Source: Candidatus Micrarchaeia archaeon (lineage in GTDB: Archaea; Micrarchaeota; Micrarchaeia; Micrarchaeales; CABMGC01). From it: 64,000 bases of DNA. The notes under the pieces were generated by a model. The model saw only the letters and a program-made list of their open reading frames with translations, did no database searches and was not told where the DNA came from. Positions 28,562-37,374 of this stretch are shown here, piece by piece. The stretch's first letter is position 1. Each line of letters starts with the position of its first letter. The position numbers were made by a program, and so were the translations under genes. The stretch is from NCBI GenBank assembly GCA_049966395.1, contig JBMFUT010000001.1:30816-94815 (forward strand), written 5' to 3'.

Positions 28562-28873
28562 CTACTGCGACGGAACATCTGCGCTTTTCTGTGCAAGAAT
28601 GTTTACTACATTGGCAATTTCATTGGCTACAGCGTCGCCTTTTTCGGTAAGTTTAACAACCTTGATTTTTCCGTGTTTCTCGTAAGAGACTATTCCCTGC
28701 TGTTCGCAAGCCTTTATGAAATTGCTAGTGTGCACATAAGTCACATTTGCCACTTTTGCAAGGTCCGCAATGTGCCACTCCTGGTTCTTGTCCTTTAGTG
28801 CAATGATTATCTTAGCCTGCTTTCCCTTGAGAATAAGGCCGCCTCCAACCTCTTCTGCGCCGCCTTCTTTCAT
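28562..28873 (-). CDS. Small winged-helix transcriptional regulator
   Basis: 103 aa. HTH-like WHIADLAKVANVTYVHTSNFIKACEQQGIV followed by a wing (SYEKHGKIKVVKLTEKG). Confidence 0.55.
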   Translation of the reverse strand: MKEGGAEEVGGGLILKGKQAKIIIALKDKNQEWHIADLAKVANVTYVHTSNFIKACEQQGIVSYEKHGKIKVVKLTEKGDAVANEIANVVNILAQKSADVPSQ

Positions 28874-28909
28874 TCAAACCACTGGCATGACTGTATAATG
28901 CAAGTAAAA

Positions 28910-28922
28910 GTTTACTGTAAAC
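28910..28922. promoter_or_regulatory. Perfect 13-nt palindrome GTTTACTGTAAAC in a divergent promoter region; candidate operator
   Basis: It lies between the wHTH regulator (start 28873) and the PRC-barrel gene (start 28985), directly abutting the AT-rich TATA-like stretch ATATATAAATATAAAG. Confidence 0.35.
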
Positions 28923-28984
28923 ATATATAAATATAAAGCGTGCATACTAATAATAAGAGAATCTAAATTGTAGATGGTGGCAAC

Positions 28985-29236
28985 ATGGTGAAATATATAC
29001 CTGCAGAGCAGCTTGTTGGGAAGGAGGTCATAACTAGCGACGGCTATGATCTTGGCAAGTTTATCGATGCTGACATAAATGAAGTCAGCGGAAAGCTGAC
29101 AGCATTGATACTCGAGCCAAACGTTGACAGCGCATTCGTGAACAAACTGGACGTGAAGGACGGGAAACTGAAGTTGTCTTATTCTGCGGTAATGGCTGTG
29201 AACGACTATATTGTGGTTGACAGGAAATCGATGTAA
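28985..29236 (+). CDS. PRC-barrel domain protein
   Basis: 83 aa; LVGKEVITSDGYDLGKFIDADINEVSGKLTALIL is the typical PRC-barrel pattern. Confidence 0.75.
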   Translation: MVKYIPAEQLVGKEVITSDGYDLGKFIDADINEVSGKLTALILEPNVDSAFVNKLDVKDGKLKLSYSAVMAVNDYIVVDRKSM

Positions 29237-29237
29237 A

Positions 29238-29252
29238 ATGTCGGTGATTTAA
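29238..29252 (+). other. Four-codon leader mini-ORF (ATG TCG GTG ATT TAA) in frame with, and immediately preceding, the RNase HII coding sequence
   Basis: Read directly from the sequence. It is in the same reading frame as 29253-29948. Confidence 0.4.
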
Positions 29253-29948
29253 ATTATAGTCGCTGGCGGCGATGAAGCTGGTCGCGGAGCTGTCATTGGA
29301 CCTCTTGTCGTAAGTCTTGTCAGCATAAAGAATGGCTATTCAAAGAGGCTTTCGACAATAGGAGTTAGAGACTCAAAAATGCTCAGCAGAAAAAAGAGGG
29401 AATACCTGTACGACGAGATATACGCCCTTGCTGACGACGTTCAGACAAAAATAATAACTCCAGAAGAGATAAACAAGGCAATGGCAAGCGGAATTTCGCT
29501 TAACGAGCTGGAGGCAATGCACTTTGCAAAGCTCATAGATGCCACAAAAGCCGATATAAAGTCTGTTTTCCTGGACTCCCCAGATGTCATAGCCGAGCGT
29601 TTCGGCGTGAGAATAAGCCTCCTTTCTTCCAAGAACCTTGCTGTAAAGGGAACAAAGAGGCCAATACAAAAAAGCCCTATAAAGCTCATCTCTGAGCATA
29701 AGGCGGATTCAAGATATCCTGTGGTATCGGCAGCAAGCATAATAGCAAAAGTGACAAGGGATAGGGAGATAGACAAGCTTGCTCGCAAGCTGAATATCAA
29801 TATTGGCTCTGGCTACCCTTCCGATTCTGAAACAGTCGACGCCATAAGGGCGAATCTGTCGACCAGCAAGCTGCAACCCCACATCAGGGTCTACTGGAAG
29901 ACTCTCGAAGGAATAAGGCAGCTTAAAATGTCAGAGTTCGTAAGGTGA
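29253..29948 (+). CDS. rnhB: Ribonuclease HII (start codon unresolved: ATT/ATA initiation or TAA read-through)
   Basis: Translation from 29253 gives IIVAGGDEAGRGAVIGPLVV...GVRDSKML...DSPDV...KADSRYPVVSAASIIAK, the RNase HII signature. The first ATG/GTG/TTG in frame is only at 29379, downstream of the catalytic DEAGRG motif. Confidence 0.85.
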   Translation: MIVAGGDEAGRGAVIGPLVVSLVSIKNGYSKRLSTIGVRDSKMLSRKKREYLYDEIYALADDVQTKIITPEEINKAMASGISLNELEAMHFAKLIDATKADIKSVFLDSPDVIAERFGVRISLLSSKNLAVKGTKRPIQKSPIKLISEHKADSRYPVVSAASIIAKVTRDREIDKLARKLNINIGSGYPSDSETVDAIRANLSTSKLQPHIRVYWKTLEGIRQLKMSEFVR

Positions 29949-30055
29949 ATATTTATTAATGCAATGCGGAATTGTATCTAATGCTAAAAACTTTTAATTT
30001 TGATAAAATAACGTATTCTTGCGGTGAAGTTTCGCGCAGCACGGTTTAAATACAT

Positions 30056-30103
30056 ATACTACTTATTGTATTTCCGGCTTCTCTGAAATACGATATATTG
30101 TGT
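30056..30103 (+). promoter_or_regulatory. Two tandem NrdR boxes upstream of nrdR-nrdJ
   Basis: ATACTACTTATTGTAT (30056-30071; 12/16 to consensus acaCwAtATaTwGtgt) and ATACGATATATTGTGT (30088-30103; 14/16). Centre-to-centre spacing is 32 bp. The proximal box ends 5 nt before the nrdR ATG. Confidence 0.55.
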
Positions 30104-30108
30104 ATAAT

Positions 30109-30582
30109 ATGCGCTGCCCATATTGCATGTCTGAAAATACCAGCGTCATAGATACAAGGTACGTAGTGGATGACAACAGCGTGAGAAGGAGGCGCATATG
30201 CAACAACTGCAACAAGCGCTTCACAACATATGAGAAAATAAGCCTATCCGACATTACGGTCATAAAGAAGGATTCAACGAGGGAAAGCTTCGACAGGAGC
30301 AAGGTCCTTGCCGGAATAATGAAAGCGTGCGAGAAAAGGCCGATAAGCAGGGAAAAAATGGAAAGCATAGCCAACAAGGTAGAGCAGCGAATAAGGCGAA
30401 GCGGAAGCAAAGAGATAAAGTCGTCAAAAATAGGGGACATGGTCATAAAAGAACTCCTAAAGGTCGACCCAATAGCATACATACGCTTCGCAAGCGTTTA
30501 CAAGAATTTCGATTCCGTAGAGGATTTCAACGAAATTGTGAAAATGCTTAAGTCTGCGAGGAACAAGAGGGTGCGGAAATGA
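30109..30582 (+). CDS. nrdR: Transcriptional repressor NrdR (zinc ribbon plus ATP-cone)
   Basis: MRCPYCMSENTSVIDTR...RRRICNNCNKRFTTYE followed by an ATP-cone. The stop overlaps the nrdJ start (ATGA at 30579-30582). Confidence 0.9.
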   Translation: MRCPYCMSENTSVIDTRYVVDDNSVRRRRICNNCNKRFTTYEKISLSDITVIKKDSTRESFDRSKVLAGIMKACEKRPISREKMESIANKVEQRIRRSGSKEIKSSKIGDMVIKELLKVDPIAYIRFASVYKNFDSVEDFNEIVKMLKSARNKRVRK

Positions 30583-32867
30583 AAATATCCAATGTTGTTA
30601 AGAGAGATGGGAGCATAGTACCTTTTGACAAGACAAAAATAACAGTAGCAATATCAAAGGCGATGCGCGAGGTTTACGACGGCTCGCTCACCGACGACGA
30701 AATCAAAAGCAAATCTGAGGAATATTCAAACGACGTATACAAGAAACTTGAAGAATTGGGAACTGACCAGCCTACAGTGGAGCAGATACAGGATACAGTC
30801 GAACAGGCGCTGATGGAGAAGGAGCCGAAAGTTGCAAAGGCCTACATAATATATAGAAACAAAAGGTCCGAACTCAGGGCTTACAAGGAGTCTCTTGGCA
30901 TAGAGGACGATCTCAAACTGCCGCTCAATTCTTTGATAGTGCTTGCTGCAAGATACCTGCTTAGGGATGAGCAGCGGCGCATAATAGAAACGCCTAAGGC
31001 GCTTTTCGAGCGCGTTTCAAAAGCCATAGCCTCGGCAGAGTACAACTACGGCGCAGACGACAAAAAGGTAGAGGAGATTGCAACGTCGTTCTACGACGCG
31101 ATGACGAACTTCGATTTCATGCCAAACAGCCCTACATTGATGAATGCAGGAACGTCTCTTGGCCAGCTGAGTGCCTGTTTCGTGCTGCCGGTAGGGGACT
31201 CCATAGAAGAAATATTCGACGCCGTCAAATGGACCGCCATAATACACAAATCCGGCGGAGGCACAGGATTTTCATTCTCGCGGCTCAGGCCATCTGGCGA
31301 TGTCGTAAAGCAGACAGGAGGAATAGCGTCAGGGCCAATATCTTTCATGAAAGTTTTCGACGCCGCGACAGAAGAGATAAAGCAGGGAGGCAAGCGCAGG
31401 GGCGCCAACATGGGCATACTTCGCGTAGACCATCCTGACATACTGAATTTCATAGTGGCAAAGGAAAAGGAAGGCGTCCTTAGCAACTTCAATATATCCG
31501 TTGCAATAACCGACCAATTCATGCAGGCGCTTGAGAGCGGCTCCAACTACAACATAATCAGCCCAAGAACAAAGAAACCAATAGGGCAGCTCAGCGCAAG
31601 GGCGGTTTGGAATCTAATTGTCACAATGGCATGGAGGACCGGAGACCCCGGTGTCGTGTTCATAGACAGGATGAACTCCACGCTGTCCAATCCTGTGCCT
31701 TCCTTCGGCCCAATAGAATCTACGAATCCGTGCGGCGAGCAGCCTTTGTATCCATTCGACTCGTGCAATCTTGGGTCAATAAACCTCGCGAGGATGCTCA
31801 AAGGCAAAAACGACCACTACGAGATAGACTGGGAAAAGTTGAAGAGAATAACTAGGCTTGGCACTCGCTTCCTTGATGATGTCATAGACGTTAACCGTTA
31901 CCCTCTGCCTCAGGTTGAAAAAACCACGAAGGCGATAAGGCGTATAGGTCTTGGAGTGATGGGCTGGGCAGACATGCTCATAAAGCTCGGCATACCTTAC
32001 GACTCAAACGAGGCGCTTCTGCTGGCTGAGAAGGTAATGAAATTCATAACGACAGAAGCGCGGAAGATGTCAGAGGAGCTTGCCGAAGAGCGTGGACCTT
32101 TCCCAGAATTCGAGAAAAGCATATGGTACAAGTTTGGAAGCAAGCCGCTGAGAAATTCGACTGTTACAACAATCGCACCGACAGGCACCATAAGCATAAT
32201 CGCAGGTGGCACGTCGCAGAGCATAGAGCCAATGTTCTCCGTTGCATATATTAGAAACGTAGAATCAAGCCTTGGCTCCAATCTTGTGGAAGTTAACAAC
32301 ACCTTCGAGGAGTTTGCAATAAAGTACGGCTTTTACACCGATGCGCTCATAAGAAAGATTGCAGGCAAAACCTCCATACAGGATGTAGAAGAAATACCAA
32401 AGGAAATAAGAAGGCTCTTCGTGACGGCGCACGACATAAAGCCAGAATGGCACGTGAAGATGCAGGCCGCATTCCAGAAGTATGTGGACAATGCAGTGTC
32501 TAAAACAATAAACTTCCCAAGCAGTGCAACCCCCCAGGAAGTCGAAGACGCATACATGCTGGCATACAAGACAGGATGCAAGGGCATAACGATATACAGG
32601 GATAAAAGCAAGAGCGTCCAGGTGCTTACGGAGCTAAAGGTATCTGGCGTCAAGGAGGCGTCATCCAGACTTTCTCAGGCAGCAGCAGAACACATGAGAG
32701 ACACTTCTATAATAGCGAGCACAACAATGAACGAGCTCAAGGAGGAAGCAAAGGATTTCGAGATAGAAGAATATTCTGAGATGCGCTGCCCAGAGTGCGG
32801 TTCCGTAATGATAGCGGGCGAGGGATGCGCCACGTGCCCAGTGTGCGGCTACAGTAAGTGCTCGTAG
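30579..32867 (+). CDS. nrdJ: Class II (adenosylcobalamin-dependent) ribonucleotide reductase with N-terminal ATP-cone
   Basis: ATP-cone VVKRDGSIVPFDKTKI, SACFVLPVGDSIEEIF, thiyl-radical loop TNPCGEQPL, and C-terminal zinc ribbon CPECG...CATCPVCG; 762 aa. Confidence 0.92.
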   Translation: MKISNVVKRDGSIVPFDKTKITVAISKAMREVYDGSLTDDEIKSKSEEYSNDVYKKLEELGTDQPTVEQIQDTVEQALMEKEPKVAKAYIIYRNKRSELRAYKESLGIEDDLKLPLNSLIVLAARYLLRDEQRRIIETPKALFERVSKAIASAEYNYGADDKKVEEIATSFYDAMTNFDFMPNSPTLMNAGTSLGQLSACFVLPVGDSIEEIFDAVKWTAIIHKSGGGTGFSFSRLRPSGDVVKQTGGIASGPISFMKVFDAATEEIKQGGKRRGANMGILRVDHPDILNFIVAKEKEGVLSNFNISVAITDQFMQALESGSNYNIISPRTKKPIGQLSARAVWNLIVTMAWRTGDPGVVFIDRMNSTLSNPVPSFGPIESTNPCGEQPLYPFDSCNLGSINLARMLKGKNDHYEIDWEKLKRITRLGTRFLDDVIDVNRYPLPQVEKTTKAIRRIGLGVMGWADMLIKLGIPYDSNEALLLAEKVMKFITTEARKMSEELAEERGPFPEFEKSIWYKFGSKPLRNSTVTTIAPTGTISIIAGGTSQSIEPMFSVAYIRNVESSLGSNLVEVNNTFEEFAIKYGFYTDALIRKIAGKTSIQDVEEIPKEIRRLFVTAHDIKPEWHVKMQAAFQKYVDNAVSKTINFPSSATPQEVEDAYMLAYKTGCKGITIYRDKSKSVQVLTELKVSGVKEASSRLSQAAAEHMRDTSIIASTTMNELKEEAKDFEIEEYSEMRCPECGSVMIAGEGCATCPVCGYSKCS

Positions 32868-32869
32868 CC

Positions 32870-33760
32870 CTACTTGGTAACGACATTGCAGGAATCTTTC
32901 TCAACTATCATTTCCTTCTCCGTTTGGGCAACCATTCCCTTGCTGCTTTCGATCAGCACTGGGAATGACTCTATATTTTCAATTCTTGCCATTTCATTTA
33001 GCGCTGCCTTTACCTTGAATTCAGAGCCAAACTTGCTGCTAAGCCACCTGAGCGCAAAAGGATAGGTTGAAAAGTTCTCATCTATGAATCCCGCAACTTC
33101 CCTGGAATCTTGAGATCTGAGCTGCGCGGGCCCAAGTTTCCTGAATATCTGCACGTAGTCCCCATCGCTCACGTAGCCTTTGCCTGTTGTTATGAATGTT
33201 TCTATTGCTATTGTCTGCCCTTCCTCCAAAACTGACGAATCGCCGTTGTCGTAGTTGGGTATGAATATCCTTGCATGAAGGTCACCCTTTTCTATGCCAT
33301 GCCCGCCGAGATTTCTTATTGGGTTGAATCCGTACTTGGCAGCGATTTCACCCACACTCTTGCCTATCTCCCTCACGGGAAGACCGCTCTTCACCATGCT
33401 TATGGCGGCTTCGAGCGCCTCCTCGCTGGCTTCTACGAGCTTTCCGTATTCGGATGACAAATCTATCGTTATTGCGCAGTCGCCAAGGGCGTCTCCCTTC
33501 CTGGCGCCAAGGTCTACTTTTACCAAGTCATTATCGCCGAAAACACTCTTGTCTCCAGATTCGGGAGTGCTGTGCGCAGCCTCTTCATTGGAAGAAAGGT
33601 TGACTGGAAATGTCAATCCAAAACCTCGTTCCCTCATGAAATTCTCAAGGCTATCTGCAACATCCAGCTTTCTTGCGCCCGGTTTCACGAGGCTCCTTGC
33701 GAAGCTAAGGGCTTCGAACGAGACTTTTCCAACTTCTTTCAGCAAATTTTCGTCTTCCAT
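32870..33760 (-). CDS. map: Methionine aminopeptidase, type 2 (archaeal)
   Basis: Pita-bread fold with FPVNLSSNEEAAHSTP, VKVDLGA, HGIEKGDLHA and IAIETF motifs; 296 aa. Confidence 0.9.
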   Translation of the reverse strand: MEDENLLKEVGKVSFEALSFARSLVKPGARKLDVADSLENFMRERGFGLTFPVNLSSNEEAAHSTPESGDKSVFGDNDLVKVDLGARKGDALGDCAITIDLSSEYGKLVEASEEALEAAISMVKSGLPVREIGKSVGEIAAKYGFNPIRNLGGHGIEKGDLHARIFIPNYDNGDSSVLEEGQTIAIETFITTGKGYVSDGDYVQIFRKLGPAQLRSQDSREVAGFIDENFSTYPFALRWLSSKFGSEFKVKAALNEMARIENIESFPVLIESSKGMVAQTEKEMIVEKDSCNVVTK

Positions 33761-33764
33761 ACAA

Positions 33765-36200
33765 TCACAATTTTCTCTGGGATCCGCCTCCTTTGAGCTC
33801 TTCGGCGTTGTATCCCAGCTCTTTTAGTATCTTGAGCGTTGCGGGTATAACCTGGTTGTTTATGTAGTAATCAGGATCATAGTCCTCTGCAAGCTCTTCT
33901 ATTGCGGCCTTCTCGGATATGCTGTTGCCATGCTTTGTTATGACATAGCCTATGGCCGCGCCTTCAAGCTCGTCCCTTCTTTTCACTCCAGCCTTCATTG
34001 CTTTCTGTGCTGCAGCGAGTTCAGGCGACTTCACATCGTAGTTTCCTATGCCTTTCCTGAGCTGGGTGTGTATAACGAACTCGCTTATGTCGAGCTTTCC
34101 GCTCCTTATCTTATCTATCGTTTCCTTGACTATTGCGGCAGCCTTTTCCTTGCTGCCCTCCCTCAATATTGCTTCTAGAACTGCTTTCTGGGTGTCCCTA
34201 GCTATTTTGGCCCAGTCCCTTCTGACAAGTTCAAAGCCCTTTATCTTTATCCTTCCGCTCTCTGAAAGCAGCGCGTACTTTTTCTTGGCTCCCCCCTCGC
34301 CGACCCTCTTGCTTACAAATACCCCTCTGACGTAAAAATCCTCAAGATCTAATTCCATCGCCCCAGGCAAGGAAGCATTCATTTCCTTCATGAATTTGTA
34401 GGCATCATCCTTGCTCTTGTCTCCCATAAGAAGGAAAAGGCTGTCCGTGTCGCCGTAAAGCACCTTGAAACCGCGTTTCTCCGCCTCTTCTATTGTTTTT
34501 GTTATGTATGCTCTTCCGAAGGCCGTCACGCTCGCGGCGCATTCTCTAGAATACCATCTCGATCTCGCGTAGCCTAGATAGCCGTAGAACGAGTTGGCAA
34601 GTATCTTCAGTGCCATGGATCTAGCGCCAAGCGCCTTGTTGTCCGGGTTTTTCTTGTATGCCTTTTTTACCTCAGTGCGCTCGTCAATGAGCCTCTTCAG
34701 TATGGTCGGCGCTATCCCAACAACATCCTTCCTGAATTTCACCCCAGTAGGGGATTCGTAATAGTCTTTGCAGTCCTTGCATATTGTGGCATTATCTATG
34801 TTGTGCGCTATGATTATTGAAGGATAAAGGCTCCTGAAGTCGAAAGCTGCAATGTTTTCGTATATTCCGGCATCAGGCATCTTAACATACGCCCCTTCTA
34901 TAGGGTTTGCGTTTCTCTCTTCTATCTCTGGTTCCTTCGGCTTGTTAGGTATTATCTGGTTGTTTCTGCTTGCATATCTCATAAGCAGGTATTCCACAAG
35001 CTGCCCTGTCGTAGAGATTGCTGCTTCACCAAGGACTGTCCCGCTAACCTTTGAAACTTCTATCATCAGTGGCATGAAGAAATCGAAGAGTTCATCAAGG
35101 GTTTTGGAATCATCCAAAGAATATTCAGAGAGAGCGTCGAGATTGCCAGAATCCCACTGCTGCCAAATACTAATCTTGTCAACCCTCTTCTTGTGCTTGC
35201 CTGTTATGGCTTCGTAAACCTCGCCAAGCTGCAGGCTGTTAACCTTTATGAGCTGCTCGGCAGCCCCGACAACTGAAACAAACTTTGCTACGTTGTAAAC
35301 GTCGAAGTTTATGCGCCCGGGTATTTTTACCGCCTCGACAAGCCCATGATGCTCCCTTTTAACTTCCTCTCCAAATCTTGCAATGTCAAAGCCGATGCGG
35401 TTCGCCTTTGCGCGTGAAATCAGGTAAGGTATGTCGAAATTGGAAGAATTGTAGCCCACAATCATGTCCGGGTCAAGCCTGTTTATGATGTTGACAAAAC
35501 CCTTCACTAGCGATTTTTCATTTTCAAATACAGAAACAAAATCCTTGGCTATCCTTTTTGTTGTAAGGACCCCCTCTTCACCAGAAGACTTGTAGCTTAT
35601 CATTATCACCGGATCCTTTTCAGGTCTCGGTATGCCTGCAACATTGTATGTCTCTATGTCGAAAGATATGTGCGAAAATTGCGGGATAGCTTCAGAGCCC
35701 TCCACATTGCCTATCTCGTCCACCACAAGGCTGCCGAGCTCTTTGCTTGTGCTGATTTTAACACGAGTTTCTGCCAGAGGGACAATATTCTTGTCTATGA
35801 GATATCTCTTCCAGAATACTATGTCATACTCGTAGCATTCTCCTAACTCAGAGAATACCTCCTTGAATTTTGGTATGTCTTTTGGATGGCTTGCGGTTAT
35901 TTTTATCGCTCTGACAATTTCTGGGCCAAGACGCATCTCTCTTTCTTCGGCTTTCAGCGGGAATATCTCTTCATTGTTGTCGCTGAGCGCGCTGACTTTT
36001 TTAACATCTTCCGCGCCTACGCCGTCGCGAGGGACAAGATATATGTAAGGGTAAAAAGAAGGATCGAGTACCGATATCACTGCGCCGCTGGCGCTATCCT
36101 TGAAGAAAATCCTTATGATGCCCCGCCTGCCAAGCGTGACGTAATCTATGTCTATGATAAATCCTTTCAGCTCGGTGCCGTCCTCATAACTAGCTACCAT
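33765..36200 (-). CDS. polB: Family B DNA polymerase
   Basis: Exo I FDIETY, Exo II NSSNFDIPYL, Pol motif A DFRSLYPSIIIAHNI, motif B KILANSFYGYLG, motif C YGDTDS; 811 aa with no intein-sized insertion. Confidence 0.95.
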   Translation of the reverse strand: MVASYEDGTELKGFIIDIDYVTLGRRGIIRIFFKDSASGAVISVLDPSFYPYIYLVPRDGVGAEDVKKVSALSDNNEEIFPLKAEEREMRLGPEIVRAIKITASHPKDIPKFKEVFSELGECYEYDIVFWKRYLIDKNIVPLAETRVKISTSKELGSLVVDEIGNVEGSEAIPQFSHISFDIETYNVAGIPRPEKDPVIMISYKSSGEEGVLTTKRIAKDFVSVFENEKSLVKGFVNIINRLDPDMIVGYNSSNFDIPYLISRAKANRIGFDIARFGEEVKREHHGLVEAVKIPGRINFDVYNVAKFVSVVGAAEQLIKVNSLQLGEVYEAITGKHKKRVDKISIWQQWDSGNLDALSEYSLDDSKTLDELFDFFMPLMIEVSKVSGTVLGEAAISTTGQLVEYLLMRYASRNNQIIPNKPKEPEIEERNANPIEGAYVKMPDAGIYENIAAFDFRSLYPSIIIAHNIDNATICKDCKDYYESPTGVKFRKDVVGIAPTILKRLIDERTEVKKAYKKNPDNKALGARSMALKILANSFYGYLGYARSRWYSRECAASVTAFGRAYITKTIEEAEKRGFKVLYGDTDSLFLLMGDKSKDDAYKFMKEMNASLPGAMELDLEDFYVRGVFVSKRVGEGGAKKKYALLSESGRIKIKGFELVRRDWAKIARDTQKAVLEAILREGSKEKAAAIVKETIDKIRSGKLDISEFVIHTQLRKGIGNYDVKSPELAAAQKAMKAGVKRRDELEGAAIGYVITKHGNSISEKAAIEELAEDYDPDYYINNQVIPATLKILKELGYNAEELKGGGSQRKL

Positions 36201-36231
36201 GATATCTACGTATGACCGGAGGCAAGCAAGC

Positions 36232-36651
36232 CTATGCTGCAGGCTTGTTGTTCGGCGTCTCTTGCAGCGTTGCTCTAGTCAAAGGCAGCGGAGGAACAAG
36301 CCCCAGCGAATACGCGACAAGCGTGCCTCTTGACCCGCACTCGAAGTTTATCAGGTTTATCAGGTTCTCTGCAAACTTTATTGGCAGCGTCTTTTTGTTC
36401 TTCCAAGTAGATGCAATCTCCTCAGAATCCTTCTTGTTCTCCTTGGATTTTATCTTACCCGAAATTTTTATTTGTCCTATGTTTTGGCTTCCCGCTGTTC
36501 CTTCGTACGTGGCAAGGAAAGTGTAAGTAACCTCAACAGTATCCTCGCTTGTGCTAACATTGTCAAAATTTATGTTGAAGCGCATGTTAGCTATGCCTTC
36601 TGCAGAACTTCTTTCTCCTTCTACCTTGCTTATTTCCATGCTTGTTATCAT
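36232..36651 (-). CDS. Hypothetical protein (possible SecB-like mixed alpha/beta topology; speculative)
   Basis: 139-aa ORF with coding-like composition and no diagnostic motif. Confidence 0.4.
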   Translation of the reverse strand: MITSMEISKVEGERSSAEGIANMRFNINFDNVSTSEDTVEVTYTFLATYEGTAGSQNIGQIKISGKIKSKENKKDSEEIASTWKNKKTLPIKFAENLINLINFECGSRGTLVAYSLGLVPPLPLTRATLQETPNNKPAA

Positions 36652-36711
36652 GCAATCACAGTTTGAGACCTAACATATATTGTCTTAAAACATTTTAAAT
36701 ATCTTGTGCAT

Positions 36712-37197
36712 ATGCGCGGAGAAAAACCCAAATTCAAAAAGCATATAAATTTCAACCCCCAATTAATAACCGATTGGATGTCAAACAGAACAACTTCTAA
36801 CAAATACGAGTTGTTCATAAATGAAGTAAGGAAGGTGGCAAAGAAGAAAGAAGCACTTACCGAAGAGGAGGAAAAAATCAAGAAGGTGGCGATGCTCGTC
36901 GCCGCGATCTCCTCTGGGCATTCGTGGCAAACCTACCAGTACCTTCACGGTGCGGCAGAATACGACAAGAACATAATGCAGGCTGAAGCTGCCGCCGCGT
37001 TCGGAGAGGGGTGGAAAGCTGTCAACGAAAACGACGTGGAAGAGGTAGTAACATCAGAGATCGCCGAGCAGAACTTTTCGATGTGGCTCTTTTTCACTAT
37101 TCCTAAAGAGCAGAGGCAAGATTTCAAGGATGTGCTGATGCAGATAAAGGACGAGCTCAAGGACGGTCTGGAGGCGGTGGAAAAGAAAGATTTCTGA
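36712..37197 (+). CDS. Hypothetical acidic helical protein
   Basis: About 161 aa from ATG 36712 (MRGEKPKFKKH), with a TATA-like CATTTTAAATAT just upstream. No recognisable motif. Confidence 0.4.
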   Translation: MRGEKPKFKKHINFNPQLITDWMSNRTTSNKYELFINEVRKVAKKKEALTEEEEKIKKVAMLVAAISSGHSWQTYQYLHGAAEYDKNIMQAEAAAAFGEGWKAVNENDVEEVVTSEIAEQNFSMWLFFTIPKEQRQDFKDVLMQIKDELKDGLEAVEKKDF

Positions 37198-37220
37198 AAG
37201 TTCCTTTATGTAAAAATTTA

Positions 37221-37295
37221 GGGCATGTGGCGCAACTTGGATAGCGCACCTGGCTTCGGACCAGGTGGTTGCGGGTTCAAATCCCGTCATGCCCG
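37221..37295 (+). tRNA. tRNA-Arg(TCG)
   Basis: 75-nt cloverleaf GGGCATG..CATGCCC-G, D arm GCGC/GCGC, anticodon arm CCTGG-CTTCGGA-CCAGG, T arm GCGGG-TTCAAAT-CCCGT. Confidence 0.9.
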
Positions 37296-37374
37296 CACCA
37301 TTCGAAGTGGGCATTATCAATGCATCAGAGCGTTTCAGACAAACTTTTTATTTGTTTTATGCATATTCTATCGC

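Noticed and set aside
33765-36200. Possible inteins in PolB, and likewise in RNR, GyrB and RadA
   Set aside because: Protein lengths are normal and the catalytic motifs are contiguous. No Cys/Ser-...-HN splice-junction insertions were seen.
37296-37300. CACCA after tRNA-Arg as a genomically encoded CCA end
   Set aside because: The CCA is not contiguous with the discriminator base (G-CA-CCA). It is most likely coincidental.
37225-37374. N-terminal 50 codons of the ORF-track permease ORF
   Set aside because: This part runs through the tRNA-Arg gene (37221-37295). The permease signature begins right after the GTG at 37375.
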